A stretch of 64,000 nucleotides of DNA from Azolla caroliniana (Eukaryota; Plantae; Polypodiophyta). The stretch covers positions 15,066,001 to 15,130,000 of the forward strand of contig JBHGNT010000013.1 in assembly GCA_043228905.1 (NCBI GenBank). Direction: 5' to 3'. Positions 36,601 to 49,524 of the stretch are shown piece by piece. Both the position numbers and the translations under genes were made by a program. Position 1 is the stretch's first letter. Each line of letters begins with the position of its first letter. The notes beneath the pieces were generated by a model. That model had not been told where the DNA came from, made no database searches, and saw only the letters and a list, made by a program, of their open reading frames with translations.

Positions 36601-39600
36601 TCTCTTCCAGGATTATTGTTTCATATTCTTTTTGAAAATTTCAGCTGCAACAGACAAAAAACAGCTTCAAAAAATGATTTCTTCTCTGCATGGACATGTT
36701 GTTTCTTTCCTTCGCCACCCTGTTGCATCAGCAGGTACTCAAAAGAGTTTCTATTTATACTATAGGGATTGATATTTACTAAGTAGTATACAGTGTCCAT
36801 TTTAGGCGAACACACTGTTCAAATTATTTTTATTCTTTGTTTTGATTCTGGGATGTTTTCTTTTATCAGTTGTTGAACATGCATATAGGCTAGCAAGCAA
36901 TGTTCAAAAACGTGAGCTTGTAGCTGAGTTCATTTCGCCAGAGTATCGTCTGTTCAAGGGTATCATCTCAGAGAATTCATGCAGGTTTGTTTTTCTTTCT
37001 ATATTTTTAGTTCTCAAGGTTAAAGATTTTAGCTTTCACAGCATGATCTGCAGCATACAATGTCTGCACTAGTTGTGGCATATCCACCTGGTAGGGTATG
37101 CCAAACACGGAATGAAGAGTGCTTTACACCGTAGTCAACTTTTTTTATTGATTTTTGATAGCCATGAAACAGGCGTATATGTCTGTATTTTATTGCCATC
37201 AGGAAGCAAGATGTTCTAATTAGAAGGCAACTGCTTTGTGTGGCATTGTGATGTAAAGTATATATGCGTATGATCAACTATATTTATGCTGTTCAAGACA
37301 GGGAGAATGGTATGAAGTTGGAGAGAGGGATCAGGAGATGTAGATGGAGAAAAGAAAGAAAGAATAGAATATTTTAACATCTTTGAGGAGGCCAAAATGG
37401 CCTATATGTCCAAACATTATCTCTGAAGTGCTGTCTCGTCTTTGTGAACAAATCAAAATAAATAAATGTTACTCAGTAAAAACAGTTAATAAGATAAAAA
37501 AGAGACTAAAGAATTTTGTTATCGGTACATGTAAGACTCTCAAGTCAGACATATTGTAATTTTTGTCTTCAAAAGATCTCTAGCATAGGTCGATCCAGAA
37601 TGGAGGGGTCTCTGAAGCGAGGGAAGCACCTTTGATGGTGGGAGATAATGGCCTTTATCTGTTAATGACAAGGGTGGTGAGATCATGGTCCATGGGGCCG
37701 GGGGCCTACATGAACGACAAATTGCTATTGCCTGATCTATAATAAACCCTTTGTTATGTCCTGGTTGAGAACTGGGCAAGGTGTTGACACGGCTGGTCCC
37801 TTAAAAGTCCTCAGTTATGTACTGTCAGGTAGTATCTTCATGGGGTGGGTTCACTTTGTGGTAAGTCACGTGGAGAGGGAGAGAGACTTAGTGCTCATAT
37901 GGTTTCTCTACTGACAAGCATTTTAATCTTTCTGTATAGTAATTAATCAACTCCATCTATTGGAAAGAGAGAATGAAAGAGAGGAAGGGAGGGAGACGAG
38001 ATTAAACTTGATAGGAATTTAATAGGCTAAGCGAGGCACTTGCAAATGAATCATCTTCAAAAAGAAGGAGTGTTTTGGAGCACATGGCATTGTGTTTGCA
38101 GCCCATTTTGGAAAAAGGAATTGTGGACCACTCAATCATTCATCGGGCTTTAGTTGAGTACTTAACTGTTGTGAACAAGGTAAATGTCATATTTGATAGA
38201 TTTCATGAGTATAATGAGCATTTTGCTTTGGAGATCCAATTCATTTTTGTCTAGTATTTGTGATCATGTTGCATCATGAACAATTGTCTTCATTCTGAAT
38301 ATTTTATCCATCATTGCATATTCTTTTATAGTATGAATCATTATATTAAGTCATTGGATGGTCCTTTTTGCTATTTATCTTTTGCAAAACAAATGATAGG
38401 TGGTATCCTGTGCTGTAGGCAACAGCTATTGAAGTTCTGCAGCAGCTTTCAGGCCCGCTTCTTGTACGTTTTATTCACACTAAGGATGGTGCTAAACTTG
38501 GTGTTACCTGTGTTGCTTATGGCAGTCGAAAGGTACGCGGAACTTAGTTTAGCAAGTAGGGCAATAGTTATTGTAAGAATATCACAATCATTTCACCATC
38601 TGTCCCTGAAGATGCGAGAAAGTGGCATTTGACCTCTTGACAATTTGAAGCGCACATTTCTGATGGTGCCCAAGAGAAATGATCTTCAAAAGGGATTGTG
38701 GCTTTTGCAGCCTTTGTCTCATTGTCAGGGATGCCTTCCTACCATGATCAATGGGATGATCATGGCATTCACTAGAATTCACCTAAATCTGTGGGATGAT
38801 CACGAGCTTTTGTGCACACTTGCCTTGCTTTGCTCATAGATCAATCTGGGATGATCATGATCTTTTGTGTATGCATGCCTTGCTTTGCTCATAGATCAAT
38901 CTGGCCTTTGATTGCTTGAAGGCTGGTGGAACACAACAAAAACTTAGAAGGAGAAACTACAAAATGCATACAGCTTCCCAGTATGTATTGTTCCTAAAGC
39001 ATAAGTGTACTCACATGCATATCCTTATTTCGTCAAGAAGAGTTACACAAAATAGATTGCCCAGAAGACATGAAGATGCTGCTGTTTTCCTTTCTTTTCC
39101 CCTAAAGAGTATTGTAACCCTCGTTCTCTACCTTTTTTTGTTACTCCTTGCCTTTACCCTTGATCTTCTATCCAAGGATATATGTACATTATTTGCCCAG
39201 AAGATGTGAAGAGACATTTAATGCCATTGGATGAACAAGTTATGTAAGGGTATCAGGTTCACTATGAATGCTGATAAAAGACAAACCTATGTGGCAAAAC
39301 CAAATTACTTGTAAAAATATTGGGGTGGAGAGACTTCCATCTGGGTGGTCGAGGTTCTTTAAAATTATAGAGCAATGGACGTGCTAAAATTATGCACTGT
39401 CATTTTCAACGTAGGGACATTCATTGAGCAGCAGTCCTTGTCAGCCAATCTGAGTTTGTAGACATTTCTTGCTAAACGCTTTTTGCATTCGGTTATTATG
39501 CCACATTAACCCTGTTCATTATACATCAAATTTTAGTTGATGTGTACATATTACTTGACTACTAATGCAAAAGTAAGTGATAAGTTTACTGGATGTCCTC

Positions 39601-41665
39601 ATAGGAAAGGAAGAAGATTATCAAAGGACTTAAAGGATGTGCCAAGAAAGTAGCCTGTGATCAATATGGCTGTTCGGTATGTGGGAGATTTGCTCAATCT
39701 AAGCTGTAATTCGGCTCAACTGTTCATGTTCACGTCTTCATGTCTGTTGTTTGTCTTTTCTGCAAGAAATTTACTGTCTCCTTTTGGTTTCAGGTTCTGA
39801 TGGCAATTTTGGATTTAGTTGATGATACAGAGATCGTAAACAAAGTATATCTAAATGCAGTAAACAATGCAATGCTGCATGTAAATCATAATGTTGCATT
39901 TTAAATATTATGTTGAAATGGAAGTCTCATTTTACTTACTATTGGCTGCAGTTCATCATGACTGAGCTTGCAAACAATGCTAAAGAGATAGCCTTCGATA
40001 GGGTATTTTCCAAACCTTAAATATTTTACATTATGTTCTGTTACTAGTTGTTTATCAGCATCTACGTGTTGATTCTAGCATGGGCGTCGAGTCTTCCTGC
40101 ACCTCTTGTCGCCTAGTAATAGACAGTATATTTCTCCAGATTTTTTAACACCGATTCAAATTCGTACAGGTTCACCGGTGAAGGTAATACATTTCTTTGT
40201 TTATTGATGAAATGGCTTGAAAATATTGTTGTTTGAATTTGAGCAAATGGTTCAGGAGAAAACTGAAGTTCAGAGCAAGAAGGGTGATGTAAAAGAAGCT
40301 GAGGAGGAAGAGGTTGATGTAAAAGAAGCTGAGAAGGTGCAGCATTTATTCTACATTCAGTTAGAAACATTAGTGTAACTTGTGAGCTCTTATATTGAGT
40401 ATTTCATTTCGGATTGGTCTAACACAGGAAATGGAAATGGAAGAGTGTGAAGGAGAAGAGGATGCAGATGGAAATGAGCTGATAAAAGAGGTGATACTTT
40501 GTGATGCTTCTATAATAATTGGATGGGAGTGCATTAAGAAAATAACTGGTGGATACTTGAATGGTTGTATAACAAATTCAGGATGGAGCTGAGAAAATAG
40601 AGGAAGATGAGAAAGCGCAATTAGAATCTGTCAGCAAAAAAGATCCTTTTCTTCGCAGAACTGAGCTGCTTAAGTTATCATTGTTGGCTGAGGTTAGTTG
40701 ATTCAACTGTGATTGTACTGTGAGTAAGTTAATAAAGGAGCAGCTATATGCTCAAGCACATAGGATCATCTTGGGAATTTCACGGCAAAGATAGCCTTCC
40801 AGTCTCTATTCTGAAACCCATATTGTTACCTATAGCACATTATATTAATGTCTGAGGTTTGAGTGAAATTGTTTTTTTTCTTCTCACACTAGAAAGGTGG
40901 AACTCAAAAAGTAATCTGTACTGTTTTATAATTACATACATTATTTGAGTTTTGAAGAAATGAAAGCTATATCATCCTAAACCTTTTTTGATAATCTACT
41001 ACTATTTATGATAACAGAAACTTGTGGATGTTTGTGTTCTCCATACAAGGGACCTTATATGCTCACCCTTGGGGAAGGATCTCATCTATGAGGTGATTTG
41101 TTTTTCCTTCAATCTCCTACTCTCTTTCTGCATTCTTCTTTTACTGCTGAGGTTGGGCATAATTGTCAGGTTGCAAATGGTGGCTATCAAGCTGTCATGA
41201 TCCACGTCACAGCAGCTGGTGTCTCGAGAGTTCACAAGGCAATAGCAGATCTAGGGGCAGAATCACGAACTCTTTGTACAGAGGGAGGTTTTGAGCATGT
41301 GTTTGAACAGTATCATGCTAGTCGAATAATACGCAAGCTTGTGATGGAACCAATTACATCTATGGATGGAATTTCAATTCCATCATTTGCACGGGTGCTT
41401 TGGAAAACTGCATTGAAAGGAAAGTGCAGTGAATGGGCCAGTGGCCATAGGTAAGCTTGCTGAATGATACTATTCATCTACTGTAGAAGGAAATTAGGCA
41501 GGACTAACTTGAGATATGTAATCTTTTGTCTGCAGTCTGAAGGTTGTGTCTGCCTTCCAACAATGCCCAGACCTAAAGTTGAGGAAAGAGGCAATGGTGG
41601 AACTTAAGCCACTTTTAAAGGCTGGCGTGCTGCAAGAAATGAACCAGCCGAAAGTTAATGTCTGA
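33670..41665 (+). CDS. PUM24: Pumilio homolog 24-like (PUM3/Puf6/Puf-A family nucleolar RNA-binding protein), multi-exon
   Basis: Lys-rich first exon 33670-34110. Later exons give KELWEKLR, MKGKIPEMATSHVVSRVLQ/TCLKY, LHGHVVSFLRHPVASA/VVEHAY, LQPILEKGIVDHSIIH, IHTKDGAKLG, KKIIKGLKG, VDDT, GRRVFLHLLSP and SKKDPFLRRTELL. Stop TGA at 41663-41665. Confidence 0.9.
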
Positions 41666-42689
41666 TTGTAGACAATGTTTCATTCTTGAAGAGACGAGTT
41701 TAAGAAAAAAACTTATGTTATTCTTTGAGCCTGTATTGGCCACTCAGTTTTGAAGTGTAGAAGGCTCAATGACCTTGCTTGTATCTGCTAAATATAATAT
41801 AATTTAGTTGAGAGGAACATTGTGGAAGACAACTTATTAACTTCTTATTGTAGTGGAATTTTAATGAAATCAGTTCTATATTAATAAGATATTATCTGAA
41901 TTGTGAATGGCAGATTGAATGATCTAGCATAGAAAGAGTTCATCTTCTCAACCCCAAGCGGGTTGTACTCTCTTAAGTCTGACCCAACACATCTTGGATG
42001 AGTATAAAATGCTGTTAAGCTACATTTGTCCTTGTTTGCGTAAGTGTTTTATGGTTATCTTAAGGTTTACTATGATATTGAATTGTGGTGCATTGAAGTA
42101 TATGTTTTTGGATTAAGGTTATAAAGTCTATCAGAAAATTTGCTTTCAAGGATATTATATGATCAATATATTTTACAAACATGTTAAAGCTGACTTACTA
42201 TGCTTTTATGCAAGGCAAGCTCAAAATAGGTTGCTCGGCTTGATATCATGGTAATTAGGCGCCCATACACTTTAATTAGAGCTGTACTAGGAATGATATG
42301 AGCTTTTTATCTCAACATGGGTAATGGCAGATGTTTCATGTTAGTGTTTAAGCTTGTCACGTGTGTAAATGTTGGTTTAGGACAATTCAAAATAGCGTTT
42401 AATTCCCTGTATCACAACCCTTGCATCATTTACCTCACACAATTTCTTTAGGAACAGTGCATGGATGAACATCAAAATTTGTGCTGTCGATAGGGGTAAT
42501 TGTGAAAAGGTAAATTTTAAGTATACATTCGTTTCATCTTGTCATAAATTGACATATATTAGAAAGGAAGAAAGTGTAATCTCAAAACGATATTATCGAT
42601 GGAATGAAACGTAATCCGTTAAGGTTTACCTTCCAACCTCATGAAATTCATGCAGGCTTGGGCTTTAATTTTGGTATTGGAACGAAGTG

Positions 42690-43720
42690 CACCTTTCTCT
42701 AAACTTATTGTCTAGGTGACTGTACGCACTCTAGGATATGCCAATCACTTACATTTTCTATTTGTAAAGACGTAAGAAACTTAAATGCTATGAAGGCATG
42801 TTTAAGTAAAATAGTCATCTGCGGAGGCTCATCTTGGTATGCAATTACATCATATACAGCTCTTTATTTCCGTGGTTTTGGAAGAATTATTCTTTTAAGA
42901 TTAGAATAATTAGGATATGCCAATCACTTAAATTTTCTATTGTAAAGACGTAAGAAGCTTAAATGCTATGAAGGCATGTTTAAGTAAAATAGTCATCTGC
43001 AGAGGCTCATCTTGGTATGCAATTAGATCATATACAGCTCTTTATTTCCATGGTTTTGGAAGAATTATTCTTTTAGATTAGAATAAAGTAAGGTTAGTCA
43101 ATGTGTTTAGTGCATTCTGAGCACAATTTCCGAAGCATCATTCTGTTTAGTTATTTGCAGAGGGTCACCTTTCTCTAAACTTGTTGGCTAAGTGGCTTTA
43201 TGCACTCTAGGATATGCCAATCACATGAATTTCCTATTTATAAAGATGCAAGAAACTTAAGAATGCTACGATAGTAAAGTAGTTATTTGCAGAGACTCAT
43301 TTTGGTATGCAATTTAGATCATATACGGCTCTTCATTTCCATGTTTTTGGAAGAATTATTCTTTGCAGAGGCTCAAACCAAACCAAACCATTAAGCCATG
43401 GTTTACGGTTTATTGGTACCCAAAAAATTAATGGTTTGGTTTGGTTTGGTTTGGATTTTTAATATATGGTTCGGTTTCAGTTCAGTTTGGTTCTAAAAAT
43501 CAGGTTTATCAGTTTATAGGTCTAAATGGTTTGGTTAACTTTGTCTTTGCTATGAAGGTATGTTTGAGTAAAAAATAGTTATTTGCAGAGGCTCATCTTG
43601 GTATGCAATTAGATCAGATACAGCTCTTCATCTCCATGTATTTTGGAAGAACTATCCTTGTAAGATTTGATGTATTTAAGATTGGTCATGGTGTTTAGTC
43701 CAATGTGAGTCAGTTTCCGA
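42690..43720. repeat. Degenerate tandem repeat (about 4 copies, 180-300 bp units) with an AACCA/TGGTT-rich MITE-like segment at about 43370-43540
   Basis: taggatatgccaatcac...gaggctcatcttggtatgcaatta.atcatatacagctct recurs at about 42732, 42911, 43208 and (partial) 43550. Confidence 0.8.
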
Positions 43721-44039
43721 AACATCGTATGAATCCAGCTCCACTAGTTTTTGAACTCCCATAGACTGCAGTGTACCATATGACTTTCCTTGAATGAAGC
43801 TTATTAAAGGGGAGTACTTGATGTGCTCTTTGTTAACCCTTGCCACTTACTAATGAAGCAACTACCTCAATTGTAGTTCAGAAGGTGATTGATTCCTTGG
43901 TAGAAAAGGCTTCAACAAAGATAAAAGATGTGAGTCTCTTATAGCATACAAGGAATATTTCTTTTAGTTACCAGACCCAAATTATGAAACCACCCATTCA
44001 AGAGGCAACCAATGTCTGAGCTCGCACATTGTCACATCC

Positions 44040-47000
44040 TCAATCCTGCTGGTTTTGTCTTTTCATCATATCCTCCAGTTTCTTTGCATCCTCTTGCATA
44101 CAGGAGTCTATATAAATGTTATACATACAAGTATATGCACTTGTTTCTTTGTTATCTATCTGCATTATATGTTTAAAGGCCTGTCTTGCAAGCTCTACGT
44201 TCCTCCATTTTTGACAAGCCGCCAATATGGTGAGCCACATTTCAATATTTGGATGAGACGACGTCCTTTCCATTATTTTTACTGCTCTCTCTAATTGAGC
44301 TGCTCGTCCAAAAAGATCGATGATGCAAGTGTGGTGCTCAACCATTGCGGTGATGCCATATTCTTCACTCATTGCCTCATAATATGATTGGCCTTTATCT
44401 AGTAAGCCTGCATGGCTGCAAGCATTAAGAACAGTAAGAAATGTTACTGAATTTGGCTTGATGTCTTCCCTCCTCATTCTCTCAAAATAATGAAGAACAT
44501 CACTAACGCTGCCCCACTGGGAATATCCTGCTAGGAGTGAATTCCATGATATCACATCATGCGCTGGAATTTTTTCAAACACTTCTTGTGCTTTTGCTAG
44601 CATGCCAAATTTTGCATACATGTCAATCGATGCATTGCCGATGATCTGGTTTGATTGTACCAATCCGTTTTGTTCTACCTGGGCATATATTTCATTGCCT
44701 TTCTCTGTGGAGCCACTATTACCACATGCTTTCAAGATGCACACAAATGTTTTGGCATTTGGAGAGATGCCATCAGAGACCATCTTGTTGAAACATCCAA
44801 GTGCTTCCTCACTATAACCATGTTGAGTATATCCAGCTATGAGTGCAGTCCATGACACTATGTTATGAGCTGTGATCTTGTCAAACACTTGTTGTGATTT
44901 TTCTAGCATACCACATTTGGCATACATATCAAGTAAGGCCGTCCCCACCATCACATTGCTTTCAACCAAACCTTTACTTTCGATGTCAGCATGAATTTGT
45001 TCACCCTTTTCAATGATTCCCATTCTGCCACAGGCTTTCAAGATGCAACTTATAGTGATATCATCAGGGGAGACACCTTTGACCTGCATTTCCTCAAAAC
45101 ATCTCAGTGCTTCCTCCCCACAATCATTTTGTACACAGCCAGAAATCAGTGCATTCCATGATATTGTAGATTTTACTCCCACCATGTCAAACACTTCCTT
45201 TGCTTTAGCAAATGAGCTACATTTGGCATATAGGTCAATCAATGCATTGTCAACAAAATCGCTGGAATTCAACACTCCCTTTCGAGCGATCTCAGCATGT
45301 ATTTCTTGACCTCTTAACATATCTCCAATGTTGCAACATGCTTTCAAAGTGCAAGCAAAGGTAACATCATTGAGTGATAGCCCCTGTGATTGCATCAGCT
45401 CAGAACAGTCCAATGCTTCCTCATTATACTCATATTGCACATAACCTGAAATCAATGCATTCCATGAAGCTACATCAGGAACAGAAAGCTTGTACAACAC
45501 TTGGCATGCTTTCACTAACATACCACATTTGGCATACATATCAACCAAGTTAGTACGAAGAACAAGATTATCTTCCAACAAAGCTTTCCTTTCAATGGTA
45601 GCATGTATTTCACTTCCTTTTCCAATATCTCCACTACTACCACAGGCTTGCAAGACACAAACCCACGTAATGACATCTGGAGTAACACCTTCCAGTTCCA
45701 TCTGTTGGAAACAGTTCAGTGCTTCAACCCAACATTCATGCTGTACATAACCAGCAATAAGTGCGGTCCATGCTACAGCATTCCTTTCTGGAAGCATTTT
45801 AAGCACTAAATGAGCTTTCTTAAAGGAACCACATTTTGCATACATATCTATCAATGCAGCTCCAATGGACTGATTTTCTCTCAATAATGTATCCTTAACG
45901 ATTTCGCAATATATTTCTTCACCCTTCTGTATGTCTCCGATAGCAGCACATGCCTTCAAGCTGGAAATGAATGTGTTAGCATCTGGAGGCACACCCTCAA
46001 ATTTCATTCGTTCGTGGCATTTGAGAGCTTCATTGCTGTTCTTATGACGTGCATATCCTGCAATCATTGTACCCCATGTGACAACATCTCGAACAGAAAG
46101 GCTATCAAAAACTTCTTCAGATTTCTCCATCATGCCAATTTTCACATAAAAATCAACCAATGCGTTACCCACCAGATAATCTTGTGATAACCCATTTCTG
46201 TTAATTTCACCATGCATCTGTTCACCTTTTATGAAGTCTCCCAAGTTACTACAGGCTTTTAAGACGGAAGCAAATGTTATAGCATCAGGAAGAACCCTGT
46301 TGTCTTTCATGATGGCTAAGATATCCAATGCTTCCTTATTCATCTTATGTTGAACATACCCTGTTATGAGAGCATTCCATGAGACTATATTCTTTACTGG
46401 GAGTGAATCAAACACCTCTCGAGCTTTCGATATCCAACCACATTTGGCATACATGTCTATAACTGCATTACCAACAATTTGGTTACATTCCAATAACCCT
46501 GCATTCATAATTTTCTCATGTATTTCTATGCCCTTGTCAATATGTCTGATGCTCCCACATGCTTTCAAGCAGGAGACAAATGTAATAGCATTAGGAGAGA
46601 GAGCTTTAGAAAGCATATCTTCAAAGCATCGTAAGGCCTCTTCACCTTCACCATGCTGTGCATATCCTGAAATCAATGCATTCCATAAAGCCAAATCACG
46701 AACCTGAATCTTCTCAAAAACTTCTCTTGCTCTTCTAAGCATACCGAATTTCGCAAACATATCAACCAAAGCAGTGCCAAGAAACCGATTGCTTTCCAGC
46801 AATCCCTTTCTAGTATTGACAACATAGGCATAGACATCTTTTCCTTTCTCTACATCTTTCAACTTAGTACAGGACTTAATGAGAGCAACAAGAGTGTGCC
46901 CACTTGGATTTGATCCATGAACTTTCATTTCTGCATAAAGTGTAAGAGCTTTCTTGAGGTTTCCATACTTAATATAGCTATTGATGAGGGAACACCATGC

Positions 47001-47417
47001 ACGCTCACCTTTATCCAAAAGGCGATCAAATACGTTGTGGGCGATCATAAGATTTCCAGTTTCAGCCAACATTGAGACAGAGAAGTTGCCCACAGATGGG
47101 TTGGATTCGAAGCCCTGTTGTGAAATGTAGGAATGAATTCGCTGAGCTTGATGGAAGGCAATGTTGTTTTGTGTGTTCATACATTTGATCATTAGCTCTA
47201 TGAGGTATCCAACGGTGGGATGAGGAAGAAGCCCTCTTTCCAGAGAAACTATGGCTTCCTCTAAGCTCGAAGCTTTCGACGGGGTCTTCAATCCCCTGTT
47301 TGAGAATGTATAGTTCAAGCCGGTCCTCATAGCTCTAACAGCTTGTAGAGATGGAAAACGAAAGTTGTAATTAAAGCATAAACCTCTGCTTAACATGAAA
47401 AGTTTAGCAGTAAACAT
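44040..47417 (-). CDS. PLS-class pentatricopeptide repeat protein with C-terminal E motifs, no DYW; N-terminal transit-peptide-like segment
   Basis: Intronless 1125-aa ORF with repeated ALVDMYAKCG / SWNALI.GY / TF..LKAC triplets, ending EHHTCIIDLFGRA...WLTILAAC...AYTCMYNIY. Confidence 0.95.
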   Translation of the reverse strand: MFTAKLFMLSRGLCFNYNFRFPSLQAVRAMRTGLNYTFSNRGLKTPSKASSLEEAIVSLERGLLPHPTVGYLIELMIKCMNTQNNIAFHQAQRIHSYISQQGFESNPSVGNFSVSMLAETGNLMIAHNVFDRLLDKGERAWCSLINSYIKYGNLKKALTLYAEMKVHGSNPSGHTLVALIKSCTKLKDVEKGKDVYAYVVNTRKGLLESNRFLGTALVDMFAKFGMLRRAREVFEKIQVRDLALWNALISGYAQHGEGEEALRCFEDMLSKALSPNAITFVSCLKACGSIRHIDKGIEIHEKIMNAGLLECNQIVGNAVIDMYAKCGWISKAREVFDSLPVKNIVSWNALITGYVQHKMNKEALDILAIMKDNRVLPDAITFASVLKACSNLGDFIKGEQMHGEINRNGLSQDYLVGNALVDFYVKIGMMEKSEEVFDSLSVRDVVTWGTMIAGYARHKNSNEALKCHERMKFEGVPPDANTFISSLKACAAIGDIQKGEEIYCEIVKDTLLRENQSIGAALIDMYAKCGSFKKAHLVLKMLPERNAVAWTALIAGYVQHECWVEALNCFQQMELEGVTPDVITWVCVLQACGSSGDIGKGSEIHATIERKALLEDNLVLRTNLVDMYAKCGMLVKACQVLYKLSVPDVASWNALISGYVQYEYNEEALDCSELMQSQGLSLNDVTFACTLKACCNIGDMLRGQEIHAEIARKGVLNSSDFVDNALIDLYAKCSSFAKAKEVFDMVGVKSTISWNALISGCVQNDCGEEALRCFEEMQVKGVSPDDITISCILKACGRMGIIEKGEQIHADIESKGLVESNVMVGTALLDMYAKCGMLEKSQQVFDKITAHNIVSWTALIAGYTQHGYSEEALGCFNKMVSDGISPNAKTFVCILKACGNSGSTEKGNEIYAQVEQNGLVQSNQIIGNASIDMYAKFGMLAKAQEVFEKIPAHDVISWNSLLAGYSQWGSVSDVLHYFERMRREDIKPNSVTFLTVLNACSHAGLLDKGQSYYEAMSEEYGITAMVEHHTCIIDLFGRAAQLERAVKIMERTSSHPNIEMWLTILAACQKWRNVELARQAFKHIMQIDNKETSAYTCMYNIYIDSCMQEDAKKLEDMMKRQNQQD

Positions 47418-47607
47418 GGAAGTCTAGTTTTGTAATAAATATAAATGGGCTATTTCTGTCGATGTGTATAAATCCAGGAACAAATCATTTGAATGCTTCA
47501 TAGATGATGATCAACTTCAAGGATAGTTTTGTCGATGAAACTAAATCTGCAGATAGTTATGTTTTCTAGATAACTAACAACTTCAGGACTACTTTTCTGG
47601 ATTCAAT

Positions 47608-49212
47608 ATGAGGGAGGATCCTCTGCATCCAAATGACCATACATTTGTGACATTATTGAAGGCTTGTGGCAAACTTAAAGACCTTCAGACTGCATATCAC
47701 CTTCATGCTCAAATACTAAAGAAGGGAATTTTAACTAGAAATGCTTATGTTGGGACTGCTCTAGTTGACATGTATGCAAAGTGCGGTTCGCTTTTGAAAG
47801 CACGGGAAGCTTTCGATAGCCTTCCAGTTCAGAACGTTGTGTCATGGAATGCCCTAATTGCTGGATATACCCACGGAGAGAGGGGGATTGATGCTTTGAA
47901 CTGTTATCATCAAATGAAGATCCAGGGAATCTCTCCCAGCGCCATCACATATGCTTGCATCTTGAAAGCATGTGCTAGCTGTGGTGAGGCTGAGCAAGGG
48001 AAAGTAATACATAGTGAGATCTTAAGAAAAGGATTGCTTGACAGCAACCAGTACATTGGTAATGCCCTTGTGGATATGTATGCCAAATGTGGATTGCTAT
48101 CAAAGGCACATCAAATTTTCATCGAACTCCCCGACCGTGATCTGGTTGCATGGAATGCGCTTATCTCGGGATATGCAGGGTTGGACTATGCTGAAGAAGC
48201 ATTCAAATGCCTCAAACAGATGAGACTTGATGGCATCTCGCCAAATGCTGTTACTTTTGTTTGCATCTTGAATGCTTGTAGCATCATTACAGATTTTGAG
48301 AAAGGCATTGAGATTCACTCAGAAATTGAACAAAAGGAACTGCTTAAAATGAGCCAAAACTTAGGTAATGCATTGGTTAATATGTATGCTAAATATGGGA
48401 TGATGGAAGAAGCACAAAATGTATTTGATAGACTGCTGATATATGATTTAAGCTCATGGAATTCGTTGGTTTCAGGATATGCAAGGTCCGGATGTGAAGA
48501 GAAGGCTCTCAGGTGTCTCAATGACATTCAAATTCAGGGCTTCTTTCCAGATGCAGTCACCGTGGTCTCTATCTTGAAAGCCTGTGGCAATATAGGAGCC
48601 CTTGAGAGAGGTAAAAAGATACATCTTCATGCCAAAGAAAAAGGGCTCTTGAAAACAAATCAACTTGTGGGCAATGCATTGGTGGATATGTATACCAAAT
48701 GTGGCATGCTAGAGAGTGCAAACCAAACATTTGAAACTCTTCCAGATCCAACTATTGTCACATGGACCACACTCATTACAGGGTATGCCCAACTGGGGCA
48801 AATAGAAAATGCTCTTTGGGTCTTAGATTCAATGATAGGCGAAGGCATCGAGCCAAATGCGGTCACATTTGTTAGTGTCCTTAATGCATGTAGTCATGCC
48901 GGCTTTGTAGAGATGGGACAAGCCATTTTTGAGGTTATGATGAAGTACCATGGCATTAAACCAACCTTTGAACATCACACTTGCATGATCGATTTATTTG
49001 GTCGTGCGGGACAATTAGATAATGCAATGAAATTTACAATAGACAAACCATTCCATCCTAATATTGCCATGTGGATGGATATGTTAGGTGCTTGCAGGAA
49101 GTCAGGTAATGTGGAGTTTGGAGAGAAAGCATTTATGCATGCGTTGCTATTCGATGAAAACAAGTCGGCAGCTTATGTTTGCTTGTCCAACATGTATGCA
49201 GAGGCAGGCTGA
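47608..49212 (+). CDS. PLS-class PPR protein with E motifs, no DYW; ORF starts mid-repeat
   Basis: 534-aa ORF with the same PLS motifs, ending AYVCLSNMYAEAG*. The true 5' end is uncertain. Confidence 0.88.
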   Translation: MREDPLHPNDHTFVTLLKACGKLKDLQTAYHLHAQILKKGILTRNAYVGTALVDMYAKCGSLLKAREAFDSLPVQNVVSWNALIAGYTHGERGIDALNCYHQMKIQGISPSAITYACILKACASCGEAEQGKVIHSEILRKGLLDSNQYIGNALVDMYAKCGLLSKAHQIFIELPDRDLVAWNALISGYAGLDYAEEAFKCLKQMRLDGISPNAVTFVCILNACSIITDFEKGIEIHSEIEQKELLKMSQNLGNALVNMYAKYGMMEEAQNVFDRLLIYDLSSWNSLVSGYARSGCEEKALRCLNDIQIQGFFPDAVTVVSILKACGNIGALERGKKIHLHAKEKGLLKTNQLVGNALVDMYTKCGMLESANQTFETLPDPTIVTWTTLITGYAQLGQIENALWVLDSMIGEGIEPNAVTFVSVLNACSHAGFVEMGQAIFEVMMKYHGIKPTFEHHTCMIDLFGRAGQLDNAMKFTIDKPFHPNIAMWMDMLGACRKSGNVEFGEKAFMHALLFDENKSAAYVCLSNMYAEAG

Positions 49213-49524
49213 GATGGATGAGGCAGCAATAGGTTCTCGTTGCATAAAATTCTTTCCCAAAAGAATAATTACCTCTATATTGGAACATGAATCCTCAGGC
49301 ATATTAATAATATGTCTGATTCATTCCTTCTGGAACTTCTCATTGAAGCTTTGGAAGGGCAAGGATTATTTCATTCTGAATGAATAGGTTGTTATACCAT
49401 AATGCCATTCCAGTATAGGATGCAAGTTGCAACTATGGCATGTTTGGTCATCACCTTTTCAAGTTTGATTACATCCAGAATCAGATTTTGGGATAACAAA
49501 GTATACTAATGTTTGGGTAAGGTC

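Noticed and set aside
44055-49387. Small overlapping ORFs in the PPR genes
   Set aside because: Shadow frames of the long PPR ORFs.
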